Shown one piece after another: positions 51,198 to 62,036 of a stretch of DNA of 64,000 nt. Both the position numbers and the translations under genes were made by a program. This DNA is from an uncultured Methanoregulaceae archaeon (GTDB lineage: Archaea; Halobacteriota; Methanomicrobia; Methanomicrobiales; Methanospirillaceae): NCBI GenBank assembly GCA_963717525.1, contig OY970343.1:1280001-1344000 (forward strand). Direction: 5' to 3'. The notes under the pieces are model-generated. The model was given only the letters and a program-made list of their open reading frames with translations. It had not been told where the DNA came from and did no database searches. Position 1 is the stretch's first letter, and every line of letters begins with the position of its first letter.

Positions 51198-51345
51198 GGC
51201 CCTTCACCTGACCCCGCCTGCAACGACCCCGCAGATTCGTACGTGCTCCCGCCTCTGACGGGTAGTTTTTACTTTAGACAGGGAAAAACGTTAGGATTAT
51301 GCTCAAGCTCCGGATGCCGGCGTGCATGCAGCCCCGGGGTTGTTT

Positions 51346-51948
51346 TTAGTTTTTCTTCCGCGGCCGGGCGAGCGTGTGCAGAAAACCGGTGAACGGGTTG
51401 AGTTTCCGGGGCTTAAAGACACCCTGGTTGACGTACCGCACATCTTCGATGGAGAAGAAGGCCCCGGGGTTGGTCTGCTCGATGTACCGGGTGATCCGCG
51501 GGACATCGTCGCGGTTGACAAGGGAGATGATCATCGTGACACCGCCCCGGGCACCCTTCGCGTCGAGACAGGTCGTCCCGTACTGCTCGGACTGCAAAAA
51601 TTCCGCGATCCCGGCGCTCGTTTCACCGGTGGTGATGATGCGCATGATCACCATGCCAATCGAGAGCCGTTCCTCGATCACCAGCCCCACGTAGGTCCCA
51701 AGGGCAAATCCGAAGGCATAGGCAATGAAGTTTGCCGGGTTTGAGAGGTTACTCATCACGCCCACGATGGCAAGCAGCCAGATGATGATCTCGAAAAACG
51801 CAATAACCGGGGCAAGGTACTTGATCCCCTTGGAGAGAAAGACGATCCGGAGTGTTTCCATGCAGACGTTTGCGATCTGCGCACAGAAGATCAGGGCCGG
51901 CAGGAGGATCCAGTTATAGAGACCGGGACTGATGATAAAAAACGCCAT
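51346..51948 (-). CDS. UPF0316/DUF2179 family membrane protein
   Basis: TLRIVF..KG..LA..AFFE..IW, AYAFGFALGTYVG, PGAFFSIEDVR. Confidence 0.85.
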   Translation of the reverse strand: MAFFIISPGLYNWILLPALIFCAQIANVCMETLRIVFLSKGIKYLAPVIAFFEIIIWLLAIVGVMSNLSNPANFIAYAFGFALGTYVGLVIEERLSIGMVIMRIITTGETSAGIAEFLQSEQYGTTCLDAKGARGGVTMIISLVNRDDVPRITRYIEQTNPGAFFSIEDVRYVNQGVFKPRKLNPFTGFLHTLARPRKKN

Positions 51949-52117
51949 ACATGCACCCCGGGTCGCGTTCTCCCGTGCCCATGCCGGTACCACCGACAGG
52001 TAAAAACGTTGCCGCGGTTTGTATATCAAGGTTATTCAAAAACCGGGAAAAATACGGGAAAAATGAATAGATACAGGTAATCGCGCGGATGTGTGCACCC
52101 GGTTTCCCTTTTCACCT

Positions 52118-52258
52118 TCACGCGTACTTCGCGGGGTCGGCATCGAATTTCTTCTTGCAGCCCGGGGCGCAGAAATAGTATTTCTTCCCCTTGTACTCGC
52201 TCGTGAACTTCGCCGTCTTTTCATCGACGGTCATTCCGCAGATCGGGTCGATCGCCAT
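52118..52258 (-). CDS. YHS domain protein (46 aa; not in ORF track)
   Basis: MAIDPICGMTVDEKTAKFTSEYKGKKYYFCAPGCKKKFDADPAKYA*, directly after copA. Confidence 0.92.
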   Translation of the reverse strand: MAIDPICGMTVDEKTAKFTSEYKGKKYYFCAPGCKKKFDADPAKYA

Positions 52259-52264
52259 AGTTCT

Positions 52265-54703
52265 TCACCTAGGATCCTTCTTTTTTGCTTCCGGTATATA
52301 CCCTTTGAGAAGGAGCGAAAGGGTCACAACGGTGACGGAACTGGCGGCCATCGCAAGGGCGGCGAGCTCGGGGCGGAACATATAGCCAAAGAACGGGTAG
52401 AGGACGCCGGCACCCACCGGGATAAGGGCTGCGTTGTAGGCAAAGGCCCAGAAGATGTTCATCCGTATCCTCCCCATCACTTTTTTAGAGAGTTCTATCG
52501 CCGCAACCGCATCAAGAAGATCATCCCGCACAAGGACGATCTCCCCGCTCTCGATGGCGACGTCGGTCCCGCTGCCGATTGCTATCCCGACATCAGCCTG
52601 CGCAAGCGCCGGGGCGTCGTTGATCCCGTCGCCGACAAATGCCACGACCTCCCCTTTCCCCTGCAGGGCTTTTACTTCCGCCGCCTTCTGGTCCGGAAGG
52701 ACTTCGGCGACCACCCGGTCAATTCCGAGCGTCCGTGCGATGGCCTCTGCCGTCCTCCTGTTGTCGCCGGTCACCATGACGGTGGCAATCCCGTGGCCCT
52801 TAAAGCGGCGGACTGCTTCCGCGCTTGTCTCTTTGACGGTATCTGCGATCGCGATCACCCCGGCAAGCCCGCCTCCCGAAGCAACCAGGACAACAGTCTT
52901 CCCGTCCTGCTCGAAGGCGCCGATCCGGGCATCGAGGCCGGCCGGGAGCGCGACGCCGTGGTCCTGCATGAGCGCACGGTTTCCCACGAGAACCTGCTCG
53001 CCCAGCACCTCCGCGACGACACCCTTGCCCGCGAGGGTATCAAACTTTTCTGCCGTTTCAGGAATAACATGCCTTTTTTCTGCGGCCCGGACAACGGCCT
53101 GCGCCAGCGGGTGGGCGGAATTCTTCTCAACGGCCGCGGCAAGGGCAAGGAGCGTCTCTTCCGTGACGCCGGCGGCAACGAGATCGGTCACCTCCGGTCT
53201 CCCCTTCGTGAGCGTACCGGTCTTGTCGAAGATCACGGTCGTCACCTTCTCCGCGGTCTCCAGCGCCTCGCCGTTCCGTACCAGGATCCCCAGTTCCGCC
53301 CCCCGGCCGACTCCCACGGTCACCGCCGTTGGCGTGGCAAGGCCAAGCGCACACGGGCAGGCGATCACGAGAACCGATATAAGGGCCGTGAGTGCAAGGA
53401 GGAGCGTTGCGTTGAGCACGAAATACCACACGATGAAGGCCGACGCGGCGATGATGAGAACCGCCGGGATAAAGTACGTGACCGCCACGTCAGCGATGCG
53501 CTGCACAGGCGGTTTTGACCCCTGTGCCTCCTCCACGAGCCGGATGATCTGCGCAAGCACTGTGTCCCGGCCGATCTTTGCAGCCTTCACCGAGAGGACG
53601 CCATTTGTGCTGATCGTCCCCCCCACCACCCGGCTCCCCTTCGCCTTCAGGGGCGGGACCGGTTCGCCGGTGATCATCGCCTCGTCCACGTAGCTCTCGC
53701 CCGCCACCACCTCCCCATCGACCGGGATCCTGCTGCCGGGCTTAACCACGACAATATCACCGACCGCAAGATCCCCGACCGCCACCTCGACCTCCTTTCC
53801 CCCGCGGATGACGGTCGCGGTCTTTGCCTGCAGGCCGGCCAGTTTCTTTATCGCGTCCGAGGTCCTGCCCTTTGCCCGGGCCTCAAGATACCGGCCAAGC
53901 ATCAAAAACGCCGCGAGCATGATCGCGGTGTCGTAGAACATGTACTCGCTGGTGAGCACGACCGAGAACGTGCCCATCACGCTTGCGACAAACGCGACGC
54001 CGGTGCCCATCGCGTACATGACATCCATGGAGAGTGTTTTGTTCCTGAGCGACCCCCATGCTGCCCGGAATATGGGGTAGGCGACCCAGGCGAAGACCGG
54101 CGTGGAGACCACGAGCATCCCGTAGGCGAGCTCCTGCATGGGGATCCCGAGCGGCACCCACATAAGGACCATGAGCGGAATGCTGACCGCAAAACCGATG
54201 GAAAACCGCATCAGCTTGTCGTGGAGGTCGGCCTCCCGGGCGGCCTTTTCCACCTCATCGCTCATCTCCCCGGCGATGCCGAGATACTGGTACCCTGCGT
54301 CCCCGATCGCCCGCTTCATGTCCGCGACCGCCGAGAGGGATGGGTTGTAGGTGACGTAGGCCTGCTCGTTTCCGAGGTTGACGTTCGCGCTCACGACCCC
54401 GGGCAGCGCCCGGAGCGCGGCCTCGATGGTCTGGACACAGGTGGCGCACATCATGCCGCCGACCCGGATCACCACCTCCCGGTTGGCCACTTCGTAACCT
54501 GCGCCGCGCACTGCCTGTTCGAGATCCCTGATGGATACCTTTGACGGATCGAACTCCACCCGGGCGGTGTCGGTCCCGAAATTCACCTGGGCCTTTGAAA
54601 CGTCTTTTACGTTTGAAAGCGCTTCTTCCACCGTGGCCGCACAGGTGGCGCAGTGCATCCCGGTAATTCTGAGTTCCGCGTTTTTCTTCTCCGGTTCCGG
54701 CAC
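52265..54703 (-). CDS. copA: Cu(I)-translocating P1B-type ATPase with two HMA domains
   Basis: GMHCATC, MMCATC, TGEP, ACPCALGLATP, DKTGT, HP, GDGINDAP, YN, MAASS. Confidence 0.95.
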   Translation of the reverse strand: MPEPEKKNAELRITGMHCATCAATVEEALSNVKDVSKAQVNFGTDTARVEFDPSKVSIRDLEQAVRGAGYEVANREVVIRVGGMMCATCVQTIEAALRALPGVVSANVNLGNEQAYVTYNPSLSAVADMKRAIGDAGYQYLGIAGEMSDEVEKAAREADLHDKLMRFSIGFAVSIPLMVLMWVPLGIPMQELAYGMLVVSTPVFAWVAYPIFRAAWGSLRNKTLSMDVMYAMGTGVAFVASVMGTFSVVLTSEYMFYDTAIMLAAFLMLGRYLEARAKGRTSDAIKKLAGLQAKTATVIRGGKEVEVAVGDLAVGDIVVVKPGSRIPVDGEVVAGESYVDEAMITGEPVPPLKAKGSRVVGGTISTNGVLSVKAAKIGRDTVLAQIIRLVEEAQGSKPPVQRIADVAVTYFIPAVLIIAASAFIVWYFVLNATLLLALTALISVLVIACPCALGLATPTAVTVGVGRGAELGILVRNGEALETAEKVTTVIFDKTGTLTKGRPEVTDLVAAGVTEETLLALAAAVEKNSAHPLAQAVVRAAEKRHVIPETAEKFDTLAGKGVVAEVLGEQVLVGNRALMQDHGVALPAGLDARIGAFEQDGKTVVLVASGGGLAGVIAIADTVKETSAEAVRRFKGHGIATVMVTGDNRRTAEAIARTLGIDRVVAEVLPDQKAAEVKALQGKGEVVAFVGDGINDAPALAQADVGIAIGSGTDVAIESGEIVLVRDDLLDAVAAIELSKKVMGRIRMNIFWAFAYNAALIPVGAGVLYPFFGYMFRPELAALAMAASSVTVVTLSLLLKGYIPEAKKKDPR

Positions 54704-54853
54704 AGGTCAACCCCCCCGCACAGCGGGTTTCCTCCCCTGCATCTCTCTTTTTGTGTCCATATAACGGTTATGAAGAGGACACCAGGGAACATGTGGAATA
54801 TTTATTGCGCGGCACGCTAACATGCAGGACTGAGTACGGATACTGGAGATACC

Positions 54854-55078
54854 ATGAAGGTGACCATCGACCGGATGCAGTGCGTGAGCTGTGGTTCGTG
54901 CTGGGACTCGTGCCCGGCGCTCTTTGTGCAGAATGAAAAGGACTCATTTTCCCAGATTGTTCCCGAGTACCAGGAGAAAGGAGATCTGGCGGCAAGCATC
55001 GAGCTTCCCGAAAGCATCACCTGCGCACGCGATGCTGCCGATCTCTGTCCTGCGTCGATCATCACGATACTCGAGTAA
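54854..55078 (+). CDS. Single-cluster ferredoxin
   Basis: CVSCGSCWDSCP and C-terminal CP. Confidence 0.9.
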   Translation: MKVTIDRMQCVSCGSCWDSCPALFVQNEKDSFSQIVPEYQEKGDLAASIELPESITCARDAADLCPASIITILE

Positions 55079-55122
55079 TACCAGGGGCACCCGGGACATT
55101 CACAAGGAGAGACACAGGATAT

Positions 55123-56769
55123 ATGAGCCACCAGGACGCCATTCTCGAAGCAATCCGGTTTTCCGCGGATTGCCTGCTCAAAGAACCGCTCCATGGCTCG
55201 ATCTGGACAAACGAGGTCCTGGCTGTCCTCGGGCACCTGGGGCATGCAACCGGCGCAGTCCGTGTCTGTGTATTCCAGGACCAGCCCTGTCCCCATCATG
55301 ACGAAAAATTTTGTATCAGCCTGAAATCCGAGTGGGCACGTCCTTTGGCCCAGCCCTGGACAGGTTCCCCTGCCGCACATACCATCCCGTTCAGCCGGTT
55401 GTACCCGGAGGCGTTCTGTGATCTTTTGGATGGCAGGCCGGCCTGCCTGGCGGCTGGCAGGCCGCCCCTCCTGTTCGGCAGGCAGACCGGAAAAACCCGC
55501 CACTCTCCCGTAGTGAACATTCCCATACTGGTGGACAACCGCTTGTGGGGGCTCCTTTCCCTCGAACAGGACCGAAAAGACCAGGCCTGGCCGGAGATCG
55601 AGATCGATGCCCTCAGGACGATCGCGGATATCCTTGGTTCAGCGATCCATCACCAGATGATGGTCGAGTTCTATCAGGCACCGGTAGAACGTTCCATCGT
55701 CGGGATCTTCCTGCTGCAGGACCAGCGCATAATGTTTCTCAACCCCCGGTTTGCCAGGATATTCGGGTATGTACGGGACGATCTCACCAACAGACCATTC
55801 CTGGAACAGCTCGTCGCACCGGAAGACCGGGACCTTGTCAGGGGGCATTTGTTGCAGAAAAAAGATGACCCTGATAAGCCCGGGTATTTCACCTTCCATG
55901 GCATAAAAAAGGACGGGACGCGGATCATCCTTGAACTCTCCTGCATGCGGGGGGCCTTCCGGGAACAGCCGGCAATTATTGGTACCGTCATGGATATTAC
56001 GAAAAGAACGCAGGCCGAAGCGGCCCTGGTTACCGGGTATGTGGGAACGGTTGTGGATATCGATAACCGTAAAGAATACGAAAAGACACTTAAGGCATCG
56101 CTCGACGAAAAATCCATCCTGATCATGGAGATCCACCACCGGGTGAAGAACAACCTCCAGATCATCTCCGGGATGATCCGGCTCCAGGCACGGCAGATCA
56201 CCAACAAGCAGGCACTGGATGCACTCCACGAATGCGAGACACGGGTGATCACCATGGCACTCGTGCACGAAAGCCTGTACCAGTCAGATAACCTGGCAAA
56301 TATCAACGCACGACGACATATCACCAACCTTGCCAATACCCTTGTGATGTCGGATGACCACGAAGCACATATCGATCTGGATCTCGACGTGGAGGATATG
56401 ACCCTGGATGTAAATATGGCCATCCCTGCCAGCCTCATCATCAACGAACTGGTGATAAATGCCCTCAAACACGCGTTTGTGGGACGCACCCACGGGAGGA
56501 TCCGGATCAGCCTCCACCATGAATCAGGTACGATACTCTCGCTCATGGTCAGCGACGATGGAGCAGGTTTGCCACCGGGCATGAATATTGCCGAGACCAA
56601 AAGCCTTGGGCTCAAGCTGGTCACGAGGCTGGTACGGGATCAGCTCAAGGGAGATGTGACAATCCGGTCGGACAAGGGCACGTCGTTCCTGATGCGGTTC
56701 CCGGAGGTAACGGCTGCACCCGCAGCGGTCCAGAAGAGCGCAGGACCTGGTGAGCACAATGCCGGATAA
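55123..56769 (+). CDS. GAF-PAS HisKA_2-type histidine kinase
   Basis: EIHHRVKNNLQ, MALVHE, NELVINALKHAF, SDDGAG, SLGL. Confidence 0.92.
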   Translation: MSHQDAILEAIRFSADCLLKEPLHGSIWTNEVLAVLGHLGHATGAVRVCVFQDQPCPHHDEKFCISLKSEWARPLAQPWTGSPAAHTIPFSRLYPEAFCDLLDGRPACLAAGRPPLLFGRQTGKTRHSPVVNIPILVDNRLWGLLSLEQDRKDQAWPEIEIDALRTIADILGSAIHHQMMVEFYQAPVERSIVGIFLLQDQRIMFLNPRFARIFGYVRDDLTNRPFLEQLVAPEDRDLVRGHLLQKKDDPDKPGYFTFHGIKKDGTRIILELSCMRGAFREQPAIIGTVMDITKRTQAEAALVTGYVGTVVDIDNRKEYEKTLKASLDEKSILIMEIHHRVKNNLQIISGMIRLQARQITNKQALDALHECETRVITMALVHESLYQSDNLANINARRHITNLANTLVMSDDHEAHIDLDLDVEDMTLDVNMAIPASLIINELVINALKHAFVGRTHGRIRISLHHESGTILSLMVSDDGAGLPPGMNIAETKSLGLKLVTRLVRDQLKGDVTIRSDKGTSFLMRFPEVTAAPAAVQKSAGPGEHNAG

Positions 56770-57743
56770 ACGGATTCTGATTGTTGAAGATGAGACCATC
56801 GTGGCAATGACGATCGAGGACGCCCTCCAGGAGATGGGATACTCCGTCGTTGGCACGGTCTCTACGGCAGAGGATGCCATAAAAATGGCCGGAGATGCCC
56901 GTCCCGACCTGATCCTGATGGATATCAGGATCCAGGGTGAAAAAGACGGGATTGCCGCCGCAGAGGAGATCACGGCGCAGTACCACATCCCGATCATCTA
57001 CCTCACGGCGCACGCGGATGAGAAGACCTTCAAACGGGCGATGAAAACCCAGCCATACGGCTATCTCATCAAGCCGTTCCGGGACCGGGAACTCCATTCC
57101 ACGATCGAGATAGCCCTGTACAAGCACCGGCTGCTGCAGCAGAGGGATGAGACTGAGCAGGTTGCAGCAGATGAGGGATCTTCCCCGGTCACTGCCCCGG
57201 TCCCGGACGAAAGACTGCACTATCCCCGGGCAATTGAGAAAAAGATCCTTGATATGATCGATCTCCCGGTCTTTGCTCTCAACCGGGAGATGCACCTTGT
57301 GTATTTCAATACCGCGCTCGAACGGCTCTTCGAAAAGTTGGGCTATCTCACCTCACGAAGAGACCAGTCTATCTTTGAGGTTGCATCCCTTTCATTTCTG
57401 GGTAACCCCCGGGATTACCGGGCGGTTCTTGAGTCCCGGCGGATGAAGCAGTCAGAAAAGACGATCATCGTTGATGATCGCCGGGCGACCTATTCCGTGA
57501 TTCGTATGCCCATCATCGAGGGAGACACGGCCCGTTACGTAGCGGTGATCCTCCGCGACGTGTCACGTGAGCTGGGCAGCGAACAGAAACTTGGCGAGAT
57601 ACAGGAGAGCTGACGAGAAAATGCTCGCGCAGCTGGCGGAGATTACCCGGATTACCGGCGATGACAAGGATCCAAAAATGCAGAAGATTGCGGGGATCAT
57701 CAGCGAGATCGTCATCACTATGGCAAAGATGAATCCCCGGTAG
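56750..57743 (+). CDS. Receiver-PAS protein; probable frameshift at ~57612 extends it to 57743
   Basis: ILIVEDE, LMDI, YLTAH, YLIKPF; a protein-like frame EKMLAQLAEI..MAKMNPR* continues after the apparent TGA. Confidence 0.8.
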
Positions 57744-57825
57744 CCCACGGGCACGTAAGCGGGGCCGGGAGTCATAAAAACGGTACGACCGGTGCCGGGT
57801 AAGCCCGGCCATCGGGTTGCGGGAC

Positions 57826-58161
57826 TTATTCCCGTATCATCGTGAGGATCATCTTAAAGCGTTCGTGCGCGAAGACCGCGTGCGGCTTGTCCGCCGGCAG
57901 GATTATCATCTCCCCGGCTCCGACCGTAAACGGTGTTCCCGCGATCTGTACCTCAGCCGTGCCATCGGTCACCATGAGCACCGCATCGTAAGGAGCGGTG
58001 TGTTCGGAGAGTCCTTCTCCGGCATCAAAGGAAAAACCGGTGATCGTGCCGGCTTTTTTAAAAACGATCATCCGGCTCGCTACCGTGCCGGGCTGGTACT
58101 CGACAAGGTTGTTGGCACAAAGGACTTTTTCTTTGAGGTCTTCTCGTCCGCTCCCGGTCAT
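57826..58161 (-). CDS. Cupin domain protein
   Basis: YQPGTVASR, FDAGEGLSEHTAP, PADKPHA. Confidence 0.88.
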   Translation of the reverse strand: MTGSGREDLKEKVLCANNLVEYQPGTVASRMIVFKKAGTITGFSFDAGEGLSEHTAPYDAVLMVTDGTAEVQIAGTPFTVGAGEMIILPADKPHAVFAHERFKMILTMIRE

Positions 58162-58363
58162 GACAGGTCCCTGCACAGGGTATTTTCCTGCACCCTGATA
58201 TCAGTGCCGGTCCTTGAGTAAGGTCTTGTGTTTGCTGATCCTCTATCGCGTGCAAAAAAGATCCGGGGACTTCAGGCACCCGGAGAGAAAAAGAACGCAC
58301 TATCCCGTACTGGTCATGATCTGCGGGCCACCACAAAATAAAAGGGAGCACCTGCCCCAGGGG

Positions 58364-58612
58364 TTAGAGGGACGCAGGTGGATTCACGATGGCCCGGGGA
58401 GCCCGGATCTCCCGTATGATCAGGTAGAGGAGATCGGTGAGGTACCCGAAGAAGGGGAGGATCCCCAATATGGTCCAGACGGGTGCGAGCATCTTCTGTT
58501 CTTTTGCGTCCCGGTAGATCAGGAACACGAGGAGTAGCTGGATGACCCAGAGCCCGATCATCATGATCGGCCCGGCAAACGAATGCGTGTGATACATCAT
58601 GTACGGTGGCAT
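58364..58612 (-). CDS. Small membrane protein
   Basis: Two hydrophobic segments around IYRDAK. Confidence 0.7.
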   Translation of the reverse strand: MPPYMMYHTHSFAGPIMMIGLWVIQLLLVFLIYRDAKEQKMLAPVWTILGILPFFGYLTDLLYLIIREIRAPRAIVNPPASL

Positions 58613-58812
58613 TGTAAAGTATACGTTACCTGATATTATATGTTTTCAGGTGCTGACAGCGTATAGAATTTTTTAGTATCGGGCGGATTCTTTGTTTTGA
58701 AGCACTATACACGTTTTTTTGCATGCTCTCTTCCCCCCGGACCGGGTAACTACGACTCCTGCCACAATTGTTTTCCCTGTACAAGGACACAGGAGGTATG
58801 AGGAAAGGAAAC

Positions 58813-59421
58813 ATGATAGACTGGAAAAAAATCCCACATCTCCCCGTGATACTGATCATCATCGTGCTCCTTTCGGCCGGATGTACCGGCAACCTGCCTG
58901 CTGGAAATATCACGGGGCAGCCGGCCGTCTCCCCGGTCGCCATCACCACGAGCCCGGCACTACCCCCCGTTACTGAGGTCCCCACCTCTCTGACCCTGCC
59001 TCCGGCGACAACTCCGGAGGTTACTACTCCGGTAACCATACCGGTCGCCACGCTGACCACAAAACCCATACCTCCTCCCACGATATCATCTATCTACATC
59101 GACGGTGCCAGTGTTTACGTCTACCCGCTCTCCTTTGACAGCACAGGTTTTCCCACGAAAGGAAATATCACCGTATCCGGAGTGATCGAGTCCCTCTCCT
59201 TCTATCCCTTAAAAGTCGTTATGAGAGCACAGGTATATGATCCCTTATCCCCGGATGTTCCGAAAGCCACGGCTTTCGATACGGTAACAATCACCCCTCA
59301 CGGTGTTTCGGGTTTTAATCTCGAGATGGATGACTTTGTTTTTAACACCCGGCCTGATTATGCGACACTCCAGGACACCTATAACCTGACGGTTATGAAT
59401 GTCTCGGTGGCATCACCATAA
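58813..59421 (+). CDS. Hypothetical lipoprotein with Pro/Thr-rich linker
   Basis: Lipobox LSAGC, PT-rich stretch, beta-rich C-terminus. Confidence 0.75.
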   Translation: MIDWKKIPHLPVILIIIVLLSAGCTGNLPAGNITGQPAVSPVAITTSPALPPVTEVPTSLTLPPATTPEVTTPVTIPVATLTTKPIPPPTISSIYIDGASVYVYPLSFDSTGFPTKGNITVSGVIESLSFYPLKVVMRAQVYDPLSPDVPKATAFDTVTITPHGVSGFNLEMDDFVFNTRPDYATLQDTYNLTVMNVSVASP

Positions 59422-59570
59422 ACGGGGGAAAAGATCCCCCGGGATGAATACCGGTTTTTCCCGGTGACTTCTATCCCTGGCTGAAGGGAGGAATATACCC
59501 CACAAAGGGAACGGGGGCGATATTCCAAAAGTGCCGGTCTCATCACCGGTGATCGTCTGAACTGGACCCC

Positions 59571-60374
59571 TCACAGTACCTGCGAGGAGATCATCAGCAG
59601 GGCCATGCAGATGAGCAGTACCCCGAAGATACGCCGGACCTGGAGCTCGTTTGTGCGGGTAGCGACAACTGTACCAAGACATGCCCCGAGTGCCGCACCG
59701 ATACCATAGACAATCAGAAAAGGCAGGGAGATCTGGCCGAGCGCGGCATACGAGATTGAACCGGCAAGTGCGAGGGCAATGATGGTGAACATGGACGTCG
59801 CAATCGCGTAGTGCATGGGAACCCCGATGGTGGCAAGTGCAGGTACAAAAATAGTTCCGCCGCTCGTTCCGGTGAGGCCCCCCAGAAGGCCGCCAACCGC
59901 ACCCCACACGAGGAGATGCGAGTACGGGACGAGGGTGACCGGCTGGGTCTCGTGTGAAGGGACGGTTGCCGAGAGCATGAACGAGGGGCCAAACCGGATC
60001 TCCGGGAAGAACCGGAATGCCGGGATCAGCATCTCGAATGAGATCAGGAATAGGACGACCGAGAAGATCCCCACAAGGATACGGGCGTCGACATAATGGG
60101 TGATGACCGAGCCGATGACAGAGAAGAGAACCGATGGCGGGATCATGATAAGGGCAATTTTATACAGTATTTTGCCCTGACGGTGATACCAGAACGAAGC
60201 AGTGAACGATGTGAAGACTATCACGGCAAGGCTTGTGCCCATCGCCGTTTTGACATCAAGGTTGAAGAGGAAGTTGAGTGTCGGTACGAATAAGAAACCG
60301 CCACCGAGGCCTATGACCGCAGATACAATGCCACAGCCCAGCGCGATAATAAATGCGACAAGGTATTCAAACAC
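59571..60374 (-). CDS. TauE/SafE (TSUP) family transporter
   Basis: GLGGG..VP, AMGTSL, GTSGG..VP, AIATS. Confidence 0.88.
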   Translation of the reverse strand: MFEYLVAFIIALGCGIVSAVIGLGGGFLFVPTLNFLFNLDVKTAMGTSLAVIVFTSFTASFWYHRQGKILYKIALIMIPPSVLFSVIGSVITHYVDARILVGIFSVVLFLISFEMLIPAFRFFPEIRFGPSFMLSATVPSHETQPVTLVPYSHLLVWGAVGGLLGGLTGTSGGTIFVPALATIGVPMHYAIATSMFTIIALALAGSISYAALGQISLPFLIVYGIGAALGACLGTVVATRTNELQVRRIFGVLLICMALLMISSQVL

Positions 60375-60567
60375 CGGAAATCCCTCTGAAGGGATATGAA
60401 CGCACTACTATAATATTCCCGGGTTTTACAGGCTCCGGATAAAATCCATAAAAAACCGGTTACTTCACATGACAGGGAATAATTCCTGTTTGCCATACCA
60501 TCGTAAAAATCCATATTTTTCCGGATTTTCAAAAAAACATCCGGTTACCCTGCCAGCACTCACCCTC

Positions 60568-61778
60568 TTATCTCAGTTCTTTAATCCGTACCATCGCGAT
60601 GATGCCGGCAACCGAAGGCAGTGCGGTACTTGCGAGCGCTCCCTGCCAGCCGATCACCGGCACGAGGCTTTCGGTGACCAGAGGGGCCGAAAGGGCGGCA
60701 AGCCCGACCATCAGGTTCAGGATGCCGGATGCAGGCCCGGCATGTTCCGGGCCGACAATCTCCCGGGGCGAGGCAAAGACCGCTGCCGGCGCCAACCCCC
60801 ACACGATCCCGAGCACGATAAAAAAGAGTGCCCAGGGCAGGAGACCCGGACCAAGGAAGAACATCACCGGGCAGAAGAGGAGCCCCGCCGCCATAGACAC
60901 GAGGATAAAGGTTCTCCGGGTGCCGGACCTGTCCGACACTATCCCGGTGACCGGGGCTGCCCAGATGATCATCGAGACAGGGAGGATCGCAAGCGCTGAC
61001 GCCGTGAACAGGTTGAACCCCAGGACCGTCGTGAAATAGGCGGGTGCAAGCGAGGTTACCCCAAGCAGGTAGTAGTTGAGCGCGAACCATGCGACCGCGA
61101 CGAGCCACACCCCGCGGTCGAGAAACGCGGACACGATGCAGTCGTGGGAGAGGCAGACTGACCGTTCTTCAGCAAAATACCCGTTGGGCCGCGATCCGTC
61201 GTCAGCGGGTTGTTTTGTGAGGAGCGCCCATATGACAAGGGACGCGATCGCAAAAAGGAGAGAGAACCAGAGGACCGATATCCAGCCGTACGAAGCAATG
61301 AGGACCGGGGCGAGCACGAAGATGAGCAGCCCCGAGACGGGGAGTGTTATCGACCAGATACCTGTTGCAAGGCCCATCTCATCCTTGCGGAACCAGACAG
61401 AGAGGGCACCCACCGGCCACGTGAATGCCATCCCAAAGCCCAGCCCCGCGATGAACCGGCCGACGAAGATCCCCCAGAACGTCGGGAACCCCATGGTGAC
61501 AAGAGCGCCAAGCGTGATCGTTCCGAGGCAGGCGATCCCCGCATTTTTCCAGCCGAGCCGGGGGAAAGGATTGCAAACGGGATCGCCATGACCGAGATCC
61601 CGATACCAAAACTGGTCATTGCGGCGAACCCGATACCGGAGAGGGATACGCCCAGAAAAGCGGTCAGGGAGGGGAAGAGCGGCGGCATTACAAAGAGTGC
61701 GATCGGCCCGACCATGCCTGCGACGAATGCGGCAAAGAGGATTGCCCAACGATACCGGTAATTCCCGTTCTCCGTCAC
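60568..61778 (-). CDS. MFS transporter, frameshifted at ~61566
   Basis: N-terminus YRWAILF in the 61778 frame; GRFIAGLG, WF...E.G.A.G, G..SDRSG.RR in the 60568 frame. Confidence 0.85.
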
Positions 61779-62036
61779 AGGTACACCCCGTAATGCAAGA
61801 CCATGGTCATTGGGAATATTTGGCAGTTTCGCCGATCCGGGTCACTTCCCGGGACAGGAGATAATTCCTGTCCATCATACCATCGTGAAAATCCATGGTT
61901 GCCCGGATTGTCTCCACGAAGATCCAGCCTGTTACCCAAACTGCCTGAGTGAAACCGGGTTAATGCCTGTCGCTCACCGGATGCGGCGAAACCGGATTAC
62001 ACCTATCGGAACCTTACCGGCACCGGAAAGCTGGTG

